Source: a virus | Lineage: Duplodnaviria; Caudoviricetes | Length of the DNA stretch: 28,054 nt | Virus record (IMG/VR): IMGVR_UViG_3300025502_000114 | Location: 1-28,054 of that record | Strand: one strand, 5' to 3' | In this document: positions 25,853 through 28,054 of the stretch, in pieces | How the letters are laid out: every line of letters starts with the position of its first letter | Position numbering within the stretch: the stretch's first letter is position 1 | Position numbers and translations under genes: made by a program | Notes under the pieces: generated by a model | What the model saw: the letters and a program-made list of their open reading frames with translations, nothing else | Database searches by the model: none | What the model was told of the DNA's origin: nothing

Positions 25853-26717
25853 ACCAGTTCCTGACATATTTAAACTTTTTGTTAATTACGTGACACAATG
25901 TACAGCCAGGTTTAATATAATCCCATCGGTCTAGAAAATGATGCCACTTCTCATCCAACCATTGTATCTTTACATCGTTCATTTTAACCTTATATCCCCA
26001 AATAGTTTCATTGTCATAACCAAACATAAGACGTATTTCTTTTGGCCACATATCAACATCGGATTGTAGTTTATCCATTAGTGCTATGGTTTTATCGAAG
26101 TCACCCCAATAATTTAATTTTTTAATATCCTTTGCCGATGCGCCGATAATACCTGTATTAAACACATCATTATCACCGGACATATCACACTCGATGAGCA
26201 TTGCTTTACAGTTCCAATACTTTGCCGTTGGCGAACGAATTGATGATATATGTACAGCATCCGTTACCTCGTGATACCGATACAAGACGTGAGAGTTGTT
26301 TTGAAGTATTGCAATGCCATTGTTTTGTAAATCCCAAGTTTTAAAGAAATTATCATTGTTTAATGGTACTACATCAAAGTCTAGATAAAGTATTTCGTCA
26401 TATTTTTTACTTAACTCATATAGCAAATGTATTTTATAAAAGTTAATGACATTATAGGCAGTAACCTGTGGATATGTTTTGTTAAAATACTTTTTAAACT
26501 CATACCACTTCTCATCATTCTCATATAGAATATAGTCAACACCAAGGCCGCGTGAATAATCAGTATGTCTTTCCTTAAGCCAAGGATAATACTCTTGGAA
26601 CAACAACTTGGTCTTTTCCGTCTTGGGTAACTGATCAGTATCCCAAGCATAAGGTGCTTGATAATCCAACTCTGACTTATCAATATCAATATATAAACTA
26701 AAAATAATTCTTTTCAT
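25833..26717 (-). CDS. GT-A fold glycosyltransferase (paralog 1)
   Basis: NFYKIHLL, YDEILYLDFDVVP (DxD motif), FNTGIIG, DNE, WHHFLD, HVINKKF; a GT8/GT34/GT77-like pattern. Confidence 0.78.
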   Translation of the reverse strand: MKRIIFSLYIDIDKSELDYQAPYAWDTDQLPKTEKTKLLFQEYYPWLKERHTDYSRGLGVDYILYENDEKWYEFKKYFNKTYPQVTAYNVINFYKIHLLYELSKKYDEILYLDFDVVPLNNDNFFKTWDLQNNGIAILQNNSHVLYRYHEVTDAVHISSIRSPTAKYWNCKAMLIECDMSGDNDVFNTGIIGASAKDIKKLNYWGDFDKTIALMDKLQSDVDMWPKEIRLMFGYDNETIWGYKVKMNDVKIQWLDEKWHHFLDRWDYIKPGCTLCHVINKKFKYVRNWYEKNSL

Positions 26718-26749
26718 ATCAGCATTGTGGTTCCATAATATATATTATG

Positions 26750-26757
26750 TATAAATA
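26750..26757 (+). promoter_or_regulatory. T4-type late promoter TATAAATA
   Basis: Exact consensus in the divergent intergenic region upstream of the 26819 ORF. Confidence 0.75.
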
Positions 26758-26818
26758 AACCAAGGCAGGGGCGTTACGCACGTCCGACAAAGAAAATAAA
26801 GAAAATAAAGGAAATTTC

Positions 26819-27172
26819 ATGGCCACCTACGAAGAGCTCACGATAGATCAGGGAGCAGACACCACTATAGAATTACAATGTGTTAATATCACTGGTGCAA
26901 AAAAGAATTTAACCTCACATACGGTTAACTCCAAAATGAAGAAGAATTATAATAGTGACTCTTCAGATACAATTACTTTTATTACCGGCATCAGTGCAGA
27001 TCCGACAGATGGCATTATTACACTAAGCCTTACAAATACCCAGACAGATACTTTAAAAGCCGGTAGATACGTGTACGATGTTGAACTAGCTTTCATAGAC
27101 AGCGACGGCGATACGATCGTTGAAAGAATACTTGAAGGCCGAATTCAAGTAACACCATCAGTCACGAAGTAA
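26819..27172 (+). CDS. Small Ig-like virion adaptor (BppU-N-like) preceding the tail fibre
   Basis: LTIDQGAD, G.ITLSLT..QT..LKAGRYVYDVE, RILEG.I.V.PSVT; AAGGA SD. Confidence 0.7.
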   Translation: MATYEELTIDQGADTTIELQCVNITGAKKNLTSHTVNSKMKKNYNSDSSDTITFITGISADPTDGIITLSLTNTQTDTLKAGRYVYDVELAFIDSDGDTIVERILEGRIQVTPSVTK

Positions 27173-27177
27173 ACGAT

Positions 27178-28054
27178 ATGCCGATGAAAAATTCAACTGG
27201 AAGAACAATAGTTAAGAAAATTGTTCTTGGTATACCATTAACTAAAAACGTTTCAACTGCTGCAACGATTGACAACCTATTAGGAATTAATACAGATGGT
27301 AAGCAAACTGGCGATGTGCTATTATATGACTCAGATGCTGGTGGCGATTACGTAACTACATCGCTTGTAAATTTAGTTAGAAGTTATATTAGCGCTGGTG
27401 GTGATTTATCATATGATTCTGCCACAGGCCAATTCAGCATTGACGTTGAAGAGATTTATAGTGCAGAAAACTTTGATTCTGATTTTATTCTTGCCATTCA
27501 AACTATCGATGGTAGTTTAATACCAAACCTAGACAGCACATATGACCTAGGCAGTCCAGCGAAGAAATGGAAAGACCTACACCTGAGTGGTAATACCATT
27601 TATCTAGGTGGCATTAGTCTTGTAGATCAAGCAGGCTCATTTGCTGTAAAAGATTCAAACGGTGCACCTGCAGCATTCTCTTTGGATGCAAATACTACAA
27701 ATGACCTGGCAGAGGGTGGCAATCTTTATTATACTCGTGCCAGATTTGATTCTGCTTTAGCTGATGGTGTATCTGCTCAGCAAATTCGCGAATATTTTGA
27801 TGGTGGTACTGGTGTAACATACGACTCATCTACAGGTGTATTTTCAATCGGCCAACCGGTTGCAACTACTGATGACGTAACATTTAATAATGTAGATATA
27901 TCTGGTGAATTAGTCGTCCAAGGCAACCTTACAGTTCAAGGTACTACGACAACAATTAATTCAACAACCGTTAGTATAAACGATAAAAATATTGTACTGG
28001 CAGATTCTGCTGCAGATGCTATTGCCGCTGATGGTGCTGGTATTACAATCAATG
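27178..28054 (+). CDS. Tail fibre protein, 5' part (runs off the window)
   Basis: Not in the ORF track; open from ATG 27178 (or 27184) to the window end. Motifs: IPNLDSTYDLGSPAKKWKDLHLSG, TNDLAEGGNLYYTRAR, GNLTVQGTTTTINSTTVSINDKNIVL, DGAGITI. Confidence 0.8.
   Translation, partial: MPMKNSTGRTIVKKIVLGIPLTKNVSTAATIDNLLGINTDGKQTGDVLLYDSDAGGDYVTTSLVNLVRSYISAGGDLSYDSATGQFSIDVEEIYSAENFDSDFILAIQTIDGSLIPNLDSTYDLGSPAKKWKDLHLSGNTIYLGGISLVDQAGSFAVKDSNGAPAAFSLDANTTNDLAEGGNLYYTRARFDSALADGVSAQQIREYFDGGTGVTYDSSTGVFSIGQPVATTDDVTFNNVDISGELVVQGNLTVQGTTTTINSTTVSINDKNIVLADSAADAIAADGAGITIN

Noticed and set aside
25853-25867. Longer GTG/ATG start (MSGTG-) for GT paralog 2 as given in the ORF track
   Set aside because: Paralog alignment places the start at MKRIVYS (ATG 25852).
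712-26689. Many antisense or overlapping ORFs in the track (e.g. 712-957, 7484-7963, 10456-11001, 15405-16118, 23198-23497, 26411-26689)
   Set aside because: They are shadows of well-supported genes, have no recognisable motifs, and are explained by codon bias on the coding strand.
14430-28054. DS motif as evidence of a Bacteroidota host using host O-glycosylation
   Set aside because: Many genes have SD motifs (AAGGA, AGGAG, GAGGA), which is atypical for Bacteroidota. The third-residue preference (A/D/S) differs from the host sequon, and the host system is periplasmic whereas virions assemble in the cytoplasm.
1-28054. tRNA, rRNA or other known ncRNA genes
   Set aside because: Coding density is near complete, the largest gap is about 100 bp, and no cloverleaf is visible.

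Overview
AT-rich segment of a T4-like myovirus genome (T4 superfamily; the organisation resembles cyanophage/pelagiphage/phiM12-type phages rather than T4 itself) covering the tail, baseplate and fibre late module. The minus strand at the left carries gp4, gp2, gp54, gp26, a short gp51-like ORF and the 5' end of a probable tape-measure gene. The plus strand carries gp48, gp53, a gp27-like hub, gp5 functions split over four genes, gp25, gp6, a short gp7, a gp9/10-like protein, gp8, a VrlC/DUF4815-like protein and several fibre or structural proteins. A minus-strand pair of paralogous GT-A glycosyltransferases is inserted among the fibre genes, followed by an Ig-like adaptor and a truncated tail fibre. 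Several T4 late promoters (TATAAATA) are present. There are two main leads. (1) A probable programmed -1 ribosomal frameshift (internal GGAGG, 10 nt spacer, T TTT TTT, then TAG) fuses gp26 to the gp51-like ORF just upstream of the tape-measure-like gene, which is a lambda G/GT-style arrangement in a T4-like phage. (2) A D-S-[A/D/S] motif is strongly enriched in the peripheral virion proteins next to two phage glycosyltransferases, suggesting a phage-encoded virion O-glycosylation system. Family assignments come from motif recognition and synteny, not database searches, and all counts are manual.
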